64,000 nt of DNA from positions 1,088,001-1,152,000 of the forward strand of contig CAVYQE010000001.1 in the NCBI GenBank assembly GCA_963770565.1, in the 5' to 3' direction. Shown in pieces: positions 48,293-57,623 of the stretch. Both the position numbers and the translations under genes were made by a program. How positions within the stretch are numbered: the stretch's first letter is position 1; each line of letters opens with the position of its first letter. Origin of the DNA: an uncultured Actinomycetota bacterium (GTDB lineage: Bacteria; Actinomycetota; Actinomycetes; JAFAQI01). Under the pieces are notes generated by a model. That model was given only the letters and a program-made list of their open reading frames with translations, was not told the DNA's origin and did not search any database.

Positions 48293-48423
48293 GGCGCACG
48301 CCCTTCCCGGTGGGCGAAGCCCATCGGTCGCCCCGACCACTTGCCTAGGTAGGTGACTATTGCATAGGAAAGCGCGAGTCGGATACCGCTCGGAGACCGG
48401 CGATCTGCAGCGATACTTTGCCG

Positions 48424-48933
48424 ATGGTCTTCGTCTGCCCGCTGGCCGTGATCGGTCTGGTCCACACCGACCGGGTGAGCACCGAAAGGACCCCGGTGCA
48501 AGCCGCGTTGAACCGCGCCGAATCCGGCACGATCGTGATCCATCCGCCGTACGTCGAAGGGTTGGCCGGGCTTGAGGGGTTCGACTACGCCTGGTTGCTG
48601 AGCTGGCTGCACGACCCGGCCGGAGCGGCCGCGCCGCCACCGATGAAGCAGGTGCCGTTCCTGCTGCGGCCGCAGCAGCGCGAGGTCGGGATCTTCGCCA
48701 CCCGCGGGCCACGCCGGGTCAATCCGATCGGGCTCAGCCTGATCCAGCTGAACGAGATCGCCGGTCCCGAGGTCACGTTCTCCGGTGTCGACCTGATCGA
48801 CGGGACACCCGTCATCGACCTGAAGCCGTATGTCAGCCGGTTCGACCGCCCCGACGCCGAGCCGCGGTGCGGGTGGTTCGACGAGATCACCTTCGCTCCG
48901 GGCGCCACCCCGGCGGATCTCGGCCGGCCATAG
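48424..48933 (+). CDS. trmO: TrmO/TsaA-like SAM-binding methyltransferase
   Basis: IGLVHT, TPVQ, GLAGLEGF, GIFATRGPRRVNPIGLS, GVDLIDGTPVIDLKPY. Confidence 0.85.
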   Translation: MVFVCPLAVIGLVHTDRVSTERTPVQAALNRAESGTIVIHPPYVEGLAGLEGFDYAWLLSWLHDPAGAAAPPPMKQVPFLLRPQQREVGIFATRGPRRVNPIGLSLIQLNEIAGPEVTFSGVDLIDGTPVIDLKPYVSRFDRPDAEPRCGWFDEITFAPGATPADLGRP

Positions 48934-49017
48934 GGGACATCTGGTCTGATTCGCGCTCAACCCGTCGCAGAACCAGCGGGCAAGTCGTCCGGGCAGAAAC
49001 TCATTGCGCGTCGGTTG

Positions 49018-49045
49018 TCAGGGTTTGCGGTGGGAGAGCCGACTA
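49018..49045 (+). promoter_or_regulatory. Possible sigma-28/WhiG-type promoter
   Basis: TCAG-N16-GCCGACTA just upstream of the c-di-GMP gene. Confidence 0.4.
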
Positions 49046-49052
49046 AAAGGAC

Positions 49053-50849
49053 ATGGGCTCACCTGGGGAGGTCCGCGAGCCGACGCTGCCCGCTGACGTC
49101 GACCGGCCGATGTCGACGGCTGAGTACGCCAGCTTCGTCGCCCTGCTGACCCGGGTTGGATGCCACGTCTACACCGGCGAGGTGCTCGCCGACGGCGGCT
49201 ATTCGGAGATCTTCACCGGCCCCGGCATCGAGTTGTTCCTCGGCGGGCTGCCGGACACCGACCTCACGACCGCGTGGAACAGCGCCGTGCACCCGGACGA
49301 TCTCGAGATCTATCGGACCGCCGCGACCGCCGACACCAACGACGTGATCACGCTCGAATACCGCATGGTCGGTCTCGACGGAGTGACCCGATGGGTGCTC
49401 GACCAGATGTGGGTGCGCGAGTCCGCACCCGAGGGCCGGCGGATCATCGACGGCGTCGTCACGGACATCACCAGCCGCAAGGAGGCCGAGCTCGGCCTGC
49501 GGCGCCTCGCGCACAGTGACTCGCTTACCGGCCTTGCCAACCGACTGCATCTGGCGAACCGGATCGACGACGCGGTGGAGCAGCTGCACGTCGGGCCGAC
49601 CGAGTCCGACGGGATCGCGTTGCTGCTGCTCGACCTCGACGGCTTCAAGGCGGTCAACGACAGCTTCGGGCACGCGCTCGGCGACGAGTTGCTGACCATG
49701 GTGGCCCGGCGGCTGCGCGGCTCGCTCCGCCCGAACGACGTGGGCGCGCGACTCGGCGGCGACGAGTTTGCCGTACTGCTCGAGGGCGTGGACCACGAGC
49801 AGGCGCTGGCTGCCGCGCACCGGGTGCTCGCCGCGATCAGCACCCCGTTCGTCCTGTCCCGGAGCACGGTGGCGATCAGCGCGAGCATCGGCCTGGTCCA
49901 CGCGACCGACGCGCGCGACAGCCAGGACCTGATGCGCGACGCCGATGTCGCGATGTACCGGGCGAAGGCGGACGGCAAGAGCCGGGTGGTCAGCTTCGAG
50001 CGCTCGATGCAGGACCGGGTGATCGGCCGGCTCCAGCTGGAGACCGAGCTGCGGCGAAGCGTCGACCAGGGCGACTTCGTCCTGCACTACCAGCCGCTGA
50101 TCGACCTGGACACGCTCAGCGTGGTGGGTGTGGAAGCACTGATCCGCTGGCAGCATCCGACCCGCGGCCTGCTGGCGCCGGCCGAGTTCATCGACGTCGC
50201 CGAGGACACCGGGCTGATCGTCCCGATCGGCCGCTGGGTCATCGACCAGGCCACCCACGACGCTGCCGGGTGGCAGGTCTCGAGCGGGCTCCCGCTCTCG
50301 ATCGCGGTCAACCTCTCGCCGCGCCAGCTGCACGACCCCGAGCTCGTGCAATGTACGGCGGAGGCACTCGCCAACGCCGGCCTCGCGCCGGAGACGCTGA
50401 TCATCGAGATCACCGAGAACCTGCTGCTCAAGGACACTGAGCTGGCGCGCGCCCGGCTGGCCGAGCTGCGTGCCCTCGGGGTGAAGGTCGCGGTCGACGA
50501 CTTCGGCACCGGCTACAGCTCGCTGGCCTACCTCGACCAGTACCCGGTGGACATCCTCAAGATCGACCGCAGCTTCGTTGATCCGCTCGGCGGGAACGCG
50601 CGGTCGGCCGCGCTGGTCCGCTCGATCATCGACATGGCGTCGGCACTCGACATCGACGCCATCGCCGAGGGAGTCGAGGACGCCGGGCAGTTGGCGACCC
50701 TGCAGTCGCTGGGCTGCCGCCTCGCCCAGGGCTTCTTCTTCGCCCGGCCGCGGCCGGCTGTCGACATCGCCGGCCTGCTCGCTGCCGACAGCATCGCCGA
50801 GGAACTGCCCGCGCAGCGGCACGCGGGAGTGGCGAAACCCACCGCCTGA
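49053..50849 (+). CDS. PAS-GGDEF-EAL c-di-GMP metabolism protein
   Basis: VHPDD/PAC, DSLTGLANR, GGDEF, VEAL, DDFGTGYSS, EGVE. Confidence 0.95.
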   Translation: MGSPGEVREPTLPADVDRPMSTAEYASFVALLTRVGCHVYTGEVLADGGYSEIFTGPGIELFLGGLPDTDLTTAWNSAVHPDDLEIYRTAATADTNDVITLEYRMVGLDGVTRWVLDQMWVRESAPEGRRIIDGVVTDITSRKEAELGLRRLAHSDSLTGLANRLHLANRIDDAVEQLHVGPTESDGIALLLLDLDGFKAVNDSFGHALGDELLTMVARRLRGSLRPNDVGARLGGDEFAVLLEGVDHEQALAAAHRVLAAISTPFVLSRSTVAISASIGLVHATDARDSQDLMRDADVAMYRAKADGKSRVVSFERSMQDRVIGRLQLETELRRSVDQGDFVLHYQPLIDLDTLSVVGVEALIRWQHPTRGLLAPAEFIDVAEDTGLIVPIGRWVIDQATHDAAGWQVSSGLPLSIAVNLSPRQLHDPELVQCTAEALANAGLAPETLIIEITENLLLKDTELARARLAELRALGVKVAVDDFGTGYSSLAYLDQYPVDILKIDRSFVDPLGGNARSAALVRSIIDMASALDIDAIAEGVEDAGQLATLQSLGCRLAQGFFFARPRPAVDIAGLLAADSIAEELPAQRHAGVAKPTA

Positions 50850-50867
50850 TCCACCGTTAGGGGCTGG

Positions 50868-51602
50868 TCAGAGCCGGATCGCCTCGAAGCCGACCGCGAA
50901 CCGGCATCGCAAGCGGGTTCCGGTCGATCGTGCGAAGGACTCCAGGAACTCCTCGGGGTGCGACATCGGGCCCGCTCCCAGGCCCTTGAGATAGGCGTCG
51001 TGCGCGCGCAACGAGGCCACTCCGGCGGCGAAATGTTCGGTCACGTCGACCCCGTGCGTCGCGTCCGGGCTGCCGCTGACCAATAACCAGTCCGCGTGCC
51101 AGGGCTCGAGGCCCTCCTCGGTCAGCTCGCGGAAGACCCACCGGTTCGCCGCGTCCCGCACCCCGTCGACGACCGCGCGGCCGACCGCGATGTGGTCGGC
51201 CTGGTTCAGGGTGCCGGGGCCCCAGGACTCGTGGTGGTTGCCCGAGATGACGACGTTCGGCCGGTGCAGGCGTACTGCCCGGGCGATGTCGTGGCGCAGC
51301 GCGAGGCTGTACTCCACGGTGCCGTCCGGATAGCCGAGGAACTCAACCGTGTCGACCCCGACGAGTGCCGCGCCGGTCCGCTCCTCGTCTTCGCGCAGCG
51401 GCCCGGCCTCCTCAGGCGGCATCGAGTCGATCCCGGCCTCGCCGCTCGTTGCGAGGCAGTAGACCACCCGCTTGCCCTGGCTGGTCCAGCGTGCCACTGC
51501 TGCCGCGGTGCCGTACTCCAGGTCGTCGGGATGCGCGACGATGGCGAGTGCGGTCGACCACGCCTCGTCGAAGGGCTCGAGGAACGCGATCTGTTCGGTC
51601 AT
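50868..51602 (-). CDS. PIG-L family deacetylase
   Basis: IVAHPDDLEYG, TSGEAG, LGYPDG, QADH. Confidence 0.92.
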   Translation of the reverse strand: MTEQIAFLEPFDEAWSTALAIVAHPDDLEYGTAAAVARWTSQGKRVVYCLATSGEAGIDSMPPEEAGPLREDEERTGAALVGVDTVEFLGYPDGTVEYSLALRHDIARAVRLHRPNVVISGNHHESWGPGTLNQADHIAVGRAVVDGVRDAANRWVFRELTEEGLEPWHADWLLVSGSPDATHGVDVTEHFAAGVASLRAHDAYLKGLGAGPMSHPEEFLESFARSTGTRLRCRFAVGFEAIRL

Positions 51603-51642
51603 GCGATCGACGCTAGCCCGCCCGGAAGAACTTCAGGACCGG

Positions 51643-51669
51643 TGTCGATCCGGTGGGTAGGCGTTCGTA
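51643..51669 (+). promoter_or_regulatory. Putative ECF42-type promoter (TGTCGA-N17-CGTA)
   Basis: TGTCGAtccggtgggtaggcgttCGTA upstream of the second DGPF gene. Confidence 0.7.
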
Positions 51670-51722
51670 GTGGCAGTAGAAGATCGGCACCGAGCCGAGT
51701 CCCAGACCGACGGGAGCACGCC

Positions 51723-52079
51723 ATGCCGCAGTACCTGATGTCAGTTCACATGGTCGACGGCCAGCCACCGCCCGACGACGCCACCATCCAGAAGATGTAC
51801 GCCGATGTCGACGCATACAACGATCGGCTGCAGGCCGAGGGTGCCTGGGTCTTCGCCGGCGGCCTCTACCCGGCCGACGTCGCCACCGTGGTTCGCACCG
51901 AGGGCGGCGAGGTCGTGACCACGGACGGCCCGTTCGCGGAGTCCAAGGAGCACATCGGCGGCTTCTGGGTCATCAAGGCGGCTGACCTGGATGCCGCACT
52001 GGCGCTCGCGGCCGACGCCAGCAAGGCCTGCCAAGGACCGGTCGAGGTCCGCCCGTTCCAAGAAGAGCCGTCCGCGTAG
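51723..52079 (+). CDS. YCII-related (DGPF) protein
   Basis: VVTTDGPFAESKEHIGGFWVI. Confidence 0.92.
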   Translation: MPQYLMSVHMVDGQPPPDDATIQKMYADVDAYNDRLQAEGAWVFAGGLYPADVATVVRTEGGEVVTTDGPFAESKEHIGGFWVIKAADLDAALALAADASKACQGPVEVRPFQEEPSA

Positions 52080-53317
52080 TGCCCCAGCCCGTGGTCGGGC
52101 CGGACGAGATCGGCGCGGTCTTCCGGGCGGAGTACGGCCGCTGCGTCGCAACCCTGATCCGCTTCCTCGGCGATATCGATCTCGCCGAGGAAGCGGTTCA
52201 GGACGCCTTCGCGGTCGCGCTCAGCAAGTGGCCCGAGACCGGGCTCCCGCCAAACCCGGGCGGCTGGATCACGACCACCGCGCGCAACCGCGCGATCGAC
52301 CAGCTGCGGCGCGAAGCCCGTCGCGGCGACCGCCAGGCCCAGGCCGTGCGGCTGCAGGGACCGGATTCCGACGGTTTCGTGGGCGAGGAGGTGGGGCCCG
52401 TGCGCGACGACCGGCTGCGGCTGATCTTCACCTGCTGTCACCCGGCGCTGGCGCAGAGCGCCCAGGTCGGCCTGACCCTGCGCCTGCTCGGCGGCCTGGA
52501 AACCCCGGAGATCGCAAGGGCGTTCCTGGTACCCGAGGCGACGATGGCGCAGCGGATCGTGCGGGCGAAACGCAAGATCAAGACCGCCGGGATCCCGTAC
52601 CGGGTGCCGTCGGAAGCCGAGCTGCCGGACCGGATCCCGCCGGTGCTCGCGGTGGTCTACCTCATCTACAACGAGGGGTACGCCGCAACAGCGGGAACTG
52701 GCCTGACCCGGGACGACCTCTGCGCGGAGGCGATCCGGCTGGCCCGCCTGCTGGTCGAGCTGATGCCGGACGAGCCAGAGGTGCTCGGCCTGCTCGCGCT
52801 ACTGCTGCTCACCCAGTCGCGCCGGGCGGCCCGCACCGGGCCGGGCGGCTCGATCGTGTTGCTGGCGGATCAGGACCGCTCGCGCTGGGACCGGGCGCTG
52901 ATCATGGAGGGTCATGAGCTGGTCCGGCGCTGCCTGCAGCGCGGGGCGCCCGGGCCGTTCCAGCTGCAGGCTGCGATCAACGCGGTCCACACCGACGCCG
53001 CGACCGCCGCCGACACCGACTGGCGGCAGATCCTTGCGCTTTACGACCAGCTGCAGGCGATCCGGCCGACCGATGTGGTCGCGCTCAACCGAGCGGTGGC
53101 ACTCGCCGAGGTCGAGGGCCCGGAGCCCGCGCTCGCCGAGATCGAGTCCCTCGATCTCGGCAGCTACCACCTCTACCACTCGATTCGCGCTGACCTGCTG
53201 CGCCGGCTCGGCCGGCCGGCCCACGCCGCAGCGGCCTATCGAGACGCACTCGCGCTCGCGACGAACCCGGCCGAGCGCGCCTTTCTCGCCGCTCGGTTGA
53301 GCCAAGTGGCCGACTGA
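52079..53317 (+). CDS. ECF sigma factor with C-terminal extension (ECF42-type)
   Basis: AEEAVQDAF, DDRLRLIFTCCHPAL, QRIVRAKRKI, LIYNEGY, QLQAAI, VALNRAVA. Confidence 0.92.
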   Translation: MPQPVVGPDEIGAVFRAEYGRCVATLIRFLGDIDLAEEAVQDAFAVALSKWPETGLPPNPGGWITTTARNRAIDQLRREARRGDRQAQAVRLQGPDSDGFVGEEVGPVRDDRLRLIFTCCHPALAQSAQVGLTLRLLGGLETPEIARAFLVPEATMAQRIVRAKRKIKTAGIPYRVPSEAELPDRIPPVLAVVYLIYNEGYAATAGTGLTRDDLCAEAIRLARLLVELMPDEPEVLGLLALLLLTQSRRAARTGPGGSIVLLADQDRSRWDRALIMEGHELVRRCLQRGAPGPFQLQAAINAVHTDAATAADTDWRQILALYDQLQAIRPTDVVALNRAVALAEVEGPEPALAEIESLDLGSYHLYHSIRADLLRRLGRPAHAAAAYRDALALATNPAERAFLAARLSQVAD

Positions 53318-53345
53318 CCGGCTCGAACTACGGCAGACTGTAGTA

Positions 53346-54269
53346 GTGCATCACTTGACCTACCTGCAGGCGATCGTGATCGGCGCCGTGCAAGGTGTGA
53401 CCGAGTTGTTCCCGGTATCGAGCCTCGGCCACGCGGTGTTGATCCCGCACTGGATCGGCGGCAGCTGGGCCCAGACGGTGGGTGACGAGTCGCAGGGGGA
53501 GTCGCCGTACCTCGCCTTCATCGTCGTCCTGCATGTCGCGACCGCAGCTGCGCTGCTCGTCTACTTCTGGCGCGAGTGGGTGCTGATCCTGCGCTCGCTG
53601 TTCCGCTCGATCGCCCGCCGCAAGATCGAGACGGTGCACGAGCGGTTGGCCTGGCTGCTGGTGATCGCGACGATCCCCGCAGGTCTGACCGGCCTGCTCC
53701 TCGAGCACGAGCTTCGGGTGCTGTTCGCCAAGCCGCTTGCGGCAGCGATCTTCCTGACCATCAACGGGTTCGTGTTGCTGGCCGGCGAGCACCTGCGGCG
53801 CCGCGCCCTGGCCGCCCGCGCTGCCGTGGCAGGCCCGGAGCTGGGCAGCGACATGGCCGACCGGACGAGCGCAGAGGTCGACGCCGCCGTGGTTGCTCAG
53901 GTCCGGCCGATCGACGCCGGCTGGATCGGCCTCGCGCAGGTGCTGGCGTTGTTCGCCGGCATCAGCCGCTCGGGCATCACGATGGTGGCCGGCCTAGTGC
54001 GCGGGCTCGACCACGAGCAGGCCTTGCGGTTCGCATTCCTGCTGGCCACCCCGATCATTCTGGCGGCCGGCGTGCTGAAGATCCCGGACTTCACCGGGCC
54101 GCTGGGTAACGGCATCCGGGGGCAGGCGTTGTGCGGGGCGATCGCCGCATTCATCGGGGCGCTGCTCGCCACCCGGTTTCTCGTGCGGTACTTCAGGACC
54201 AACAAGCTGACCCCGTTCGCGGTCTACTGCCTGCTGTTCGGTGCGGCGAGCATCATCCGCTTCGGCTGA
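53346..54269 (+). CDS. uppP: Undecaprenyl-diphosphate phosphatase
   Basis: VQGVTELFPVSSLGH, AGISRSG, FAFLLATP. Confidence 0.93.
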   Translation: MHHLTYLQAIVIGAVQGVTELFPVSSLGHAVLIPHWIGGSWAQTVGDESQGESPYLAFIVVLHVATAAALLVYFWREWVLILRSLFRSIARRKIETVHERLAWLLVIATIPAGLTGLLLEHELRVLFAKPLAAAIFLTINGFVLLAGEHLRRRALAARAAVAGPELGSDMADRTSAEVDAAVVAQVRPIDAGWIGLAQVLALFAGISRSGITMVAGLVRGLDHEQALRFAFLLATPIILAAGVLKIPDFTGPLGNGIRGQALCGAIAAFIGALLATRFLVRYFRTNKLTPFAVYCLLFGAASIIRFG

Positions 54270-54880
54270 TGTCGGCGGTCGCAGGGATCGTGCTCGCGGC
54301 CGGCGCCGGGCGCCGGTTCGGCGGCCCGAAGGCCCTGGTCGCCTATGACGGCGAACTCCTGGTCGAACGGGCGGTGCGGGTGGCCAGCACCGGCGGATGC
54401 GACCCGGTGCTCGTCGTGCTCGGCGCGAGTGCGGACGAGGTGCAGGAGCGAGCCGACCTGGGCGCAGCGGTCGTGGTGGTGGCGCCGGACTGGGACCGCG
54501 GGATGAGTGCGTCGTTGCAAGCGGGTCTGGCCGCCGTCACGTCGAGCAGTGCGGCGGCGGCGGTCGTCGTACTCGTCGACCAGCCGCTCGTCACTCCCGA
54601 GGTGATCGAACGGCTCCGGTCCGCCTGGGGCGGCGGAGCGGTTGCGGCGGTCGCCTGCTATGACGGGCAGCTGCGCAACCCGGCGTTGTTCGACCGCTCG
54701 GTGTGGGCCGAGGTCGGTGCCGCCGCGCACGACGATGTCGGGGCGCGGCCATGGCTGACGGCGCACCGCGGGGAGGTCACGGCCGTGGAGTGTGCCGACA
54801 TCGCCAGCGCGGCGGATGTCGATACGCCGATCGACCTGGATGGTCTCCGAGCCGGTTCAGCCGGTTCAGCCGGCGAGTAG
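54269..54880 (+). CDS. mocA: Molybdenum cofactor cytidylyltransferase-like nucleotidyltransferase (MocA family)
   Basis: GIVLAAGAGRRFGGPK, GMSASLQAG, LVDQP, DVGAR, DVDTP. Confidence 0.78.
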   Translation: MSAVAGIVLAAGAGRRFGGPKALVAYDGELLVERAVRVASTGGCDPVLVVLGASADEVQERADLGAAVVVVAPDWDRGMSASLQAGLAAVTSSSAAAAVVVLVDQPLVTPEVIERLRSAWGGGAVAAVACYDGQLRNPALFDRSVWAEVGAAAHDDVGARPWLTAHRGEVTAVECADIASAADVDTPIDLDGLRAGSAGSAGE

Positions 54881-55759
54881 CGAGCGCGGCTCGAGCTCGG
54901 CCGAACGCTCCATCGCCTCGGCCGTCGTGATGTCGTCGGGGGTGTAGGTGATCACCCGCACACCGAGCTGCTGCGACAGCCAGAGGTTGGTGAACGAGAA
55001 CTGGAGCGCGCCGAGCTGAGGGTGGTTGAAGCGCTTGGTGAGGTTCTCCGGCGCCGCGATGTCGTGCCGGCTCCACAGCTCGGCAAACTCCGGCGACGCG
55101 TCCTGCAGCCGCCGGACCAGGCACTTCCAGACCGACTCGCCCACGTGGTCGGCCATCGCGGCCCGATACTGCGCGACCATCCGCTCGGTCGCCTTCTTCC
55201 AGGCCGGCAACGACGCGCGGATGCTGGCATTCGTGAAGGCCAGCCACAGGCTGTTGCGCTCTTCGTACGGAAGCGCGTCGAGATCGCCCATCAGCACGGT
55301 GTAGGCCCGGTTGTAGGCGATCAGGTCGTAGCGGCCGTTGGTGACGCAGGCCGGATACGGGTCGAGCTTGGCGAGCAACTGCCGAACCGGCTCGGACACC
55401 GGAACGCAGTCCGGCCCGGTCACCACCAGTGGCGAACCGGCCAGCGTGAACAGGTGGCTGCGCTCGTGCGGGTCGAGCAGCAAGGTGCGGGAGATCGCGT
55501 CGAGGACCTGCTCGGAGACGTTGATGTCGCGGGCCTGCTCGAGCCAGGTGTACCAGGTCACACCGACGCCGGCGTGCTGCGCGACTTCCTCTCGGCGTAG
55601 TCCCGGAGTGCGCCGCCGGCCGTACTGCGGGAGGTTGAGCTGGTCCGGGGAGAGCCGCTCGCGGCGGCTGCGCAGGAAGGCGGCAAGCTCCTGGCGGCGC
55701 AGGGTGGCCGCATCGGCCGACGCGCCGACGGTAGGAACGCGCTCGATGGTCGCCGTCAT
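54866..55759 (-). CDS. XRE/MmyB family regulator
   Basis: ELAAFLRSRRERL, RRRTPGLRREEVA..AGVGVTWYTWLEQ, PEFAELW. Confidence 0.92.
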   Translation of the reverse strand: MTATIERVPTVGASADAATLRRQELAAFLRSRRERLSPDQLNLPQYGRRRTPGLRREEVAQHAGVGVTWYTWLEQARDINVSEQVLDAISRTLLLDPHERSHLFTLAGSPLVVTGPDCVPVSEPVRQLLAKLDPYPACVTNGRYDLIAYNRAYTVLMGDLDALPYEERNSLWLAFTNASIRASLPAWKKATERMVAQYRAAMADHVGESVWKCLVRRLQDASPEFAELWSRHDIAAPENLTKRFNHPQLGALQFSFTNLWLSQQLGVRVITYTPDDITTAEAMERSAELEPRSLLAG

Positions 55760-55760
55760 A

Positions 55761-55835
55761 GGTACCAGGATCACACTATTGTGGACCTGGTGCCAGTTGT
55801 TGCCAATACCAGGATAAGTGGAGTCTGGTACCAGG
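55761..55835. promoter_or_regulatory. Divergent MmyB/MFS control region with repeated TACCAGG and palindrome CTGGTACCAG
   Basis: TACCAGG occurs three times; CCTGGTGCCAG and CTGGTACCAG. Confidence 0.5.
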
Positions 55836-55860
55836 CTCGATTCGAGTCCACAGTGACTGC

Positions 55861-57360
55861 ATGACCTCTTCATCTGCTCTTGCCACCATCGTGGCGGAGC
55901 CCGCTGGCGTGACCGCCGGCCCGACCTTGGCCCCGGTCGCCGACCTGCCCCCGGTGGCGGCGCCGCCGCTGCCGGTCACCGGCTTGCTCACCGTCCTCGT
56001 CGGCGTCCTGCTGCCGATGATCGACTTCTTCATCGTCAACGTCGCGCTCCCGACCATGCGGCACGATCTGCACGCCTCGTCGGGTGGGCTCGAGCTCGTC
56101 GTGTCCGGCTACGCGACCGCGTACGCCGTCCTGCTGGTGCTCGGCGGTCGCCTTGGCGACTCCTACGGCCGGCGCCGGCTTTTCCTGATCGGGATCGCGG
56201 CCTTCACCGTCGCGTCGTTGCTCTGCGGGCTGGCCCCGAACGCGTCCGCGCTGATCCTGGCCCGGGTGCTGCAAGGTGCCTCGGCGGCACTGATGGTGCC
56301 GCAGACGCTGTCGACGATCCAGGCGACCGGCGACGTGCACTCGCGCTCGCGTGCATTGGGCTGGTTCGGCGCGACCGGCGGGCTGGCCGCGGTGGCCGGC
56401 CAACTGCTCGGCGGTGTGCTGGTCTCGGCCAACATCGCTGGAAGCGGCTGGCGGGCGATCTTCTTCGTCAACGTCCCGATCGGGGTGATCGGCCTGATCC
56501 TCGCGGCCCGCTGGGTCCCGGAGACCAGGGCCGAGCGACACCACCGGATCGACGTGCCGGGCACGATCCTGCTCGGTGCGACCCTTACCGCGCTGCTCGT
56601 GCCGCTGACCGAGGGCCGGACCCTCGGCTGGCCGTTGTGGTCGATCGTGCTGCTGGTGCTTGCGCCACTCGGCGCGGCGAGCCTGGTGGTCGTCGAGCGC
56701 CGGCTCGAGCGCCGCGGCGGCTCGCCGCTGGTCCCGCCGGCAGTGGTCAGACACCCGAGCATGCGTCGTGGGCTTGCCCTTGCGGTGGTGTTCTTCTCGA
56801 CCTTCGGTGCCTTCATGTTCGTCTACACCCTGGTCGTGCAGGGCACGCTCGGGTTCAGCCCGATCCGGGCCGGCATCGCGTTGACGCCGATGGCGGTGAC
56901 GTTCCTCGCCGCCTCGCTCGCGACGACCACGCTCGTGGCCCGCTACGGACGGGCCGTGATCGGCGCGGGTGCGGTGATCCAGCTAGTCGGCTTGCTCACC
57001 GTGATCGCGTCGTTGGAGATTGCCTGGCCCAACGTCACGCCGCTCGACCTCGCGTCGGGGCTTGCGATCATGGGCGCGGGGCAGGGCCTGATCATGAGCC
57101 CACTGATCCGGGTCGTGCTCTCTGCGGTACCGATCGAGTCGGCGGGCGCGGGCAGCGGGGTCCTGACCACCACCCAGCAGACCTCGCTGGCGCTCGGTGT
57201 CGCGACGATCGGGAGCGGCTACCTCAGCCTCTCGCCGGTGGATCGGTTCGGACCGCTGCACGCCGTGGTGCTCGTGCTCGCCCTACAGACCTTGGTGGCG
57301 GTGGCCCTCGCCGCGGGCAGCCGCGCGTTGCCGGCCCGGCAGCGGGTGAGCGCTCGGTAG
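55861..57360 (+). CDS. MFS (DHA2-type) transporter
   Basis: DFFIVNVALP, GGRLGDSYGRRRLF, WRAIFFVNVP; many TM helices. Confidence 0.93.
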   Translation: MTSSSALATIVAEPAGVTAGPTLAPVADLPPVAAPPLPVTGLLTVLVGVLLPMIDFFIVNVALPTMRHDLHASSGGLELVVSGYATAYAVLLVLGGRLGDSYGRRRLFLIGIAAFTVASLLCGLAPNASALILARVLQGASAALMVPQTLSTIQATGDVHSRSRALGWFGATGGLAAVAGQLLGGVLVSANIAGSGWRAIFFVNVPIGVIGLILAARWVPETRAERHHRIDVPGTILLGATLTALLVPLTEGRTLGWPLWSIVLLVLAPLGAASLVVVERRLERRGGSPLVPPAVVRHPSMRRGLALAVVFFSTFGAFMFVYTLVVQGTLGFSPIRAGIALTPMAVTFLAASLATTTLVARYGRAVIGAGAVIQLVGLLTVIASLEIAWPNVTPLDLASGLAIMGAGQGLIMSPLIRVVLSAVPIESAGAGSGVLTTTQQTSLALGVATIGSGYLSLSPVDRFGPLHAVVLVLALQTLVAVALAAGSRALPARQRVSAR

Positions 57361-57365
57361 GGCGC

Positions 57366-57458
57366 TTAGAAGGGAAGGACGCGACCCGATGGGGTACGCA
57401 GGTCGGGCCCGATGTCCTTGGGCTTGGACGGTCGCGGCTTGATCTGGATCTGCTTCAT
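57366..57458 (-). CDS. 30-aa microprotein (below the ORF-track cutoff)
   Basis: GGAGGTGACCCG-ATG; MKQIQIKPRPSKPKDIGPDLRTPSGRVLPF-TAA; GC3-rich; fills an otherwise empty gap. Confidence 0.65.
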   Translation of the reverse strand: MKQIQIKPRPSKPKDIGPDLRTPSGRVLPF

Positions 57459-57623
57459 CGGGTCACCTCCATCAGCGCTTCTTGGTGCGATTTGGTGAGT
57501 CTCGGCCTGGCCTTGAGCGGTGCGTAGAGCGCAAGGTCACCGAATCGTTCGGCCAAACGGACCAAAGCAACGGGACCTTCGTCCTGCCGGGCCGGTTTCG
57601 CGGTGTCCTGAGAGCATGCGGGG

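Noticed and set aside
47148-48299. ORF-track 383-aa coxM with a long N-terminal extension
   Set aside because: Artefact of the frameshift; the true start is ATG 48021 with RBS in another frame.
54850-54874. AGCCGGTTC tandem duplication at the mocA/MmyB convergent overlap
   Set aside because: Two copies only, likely a local slippage around the stop codons.
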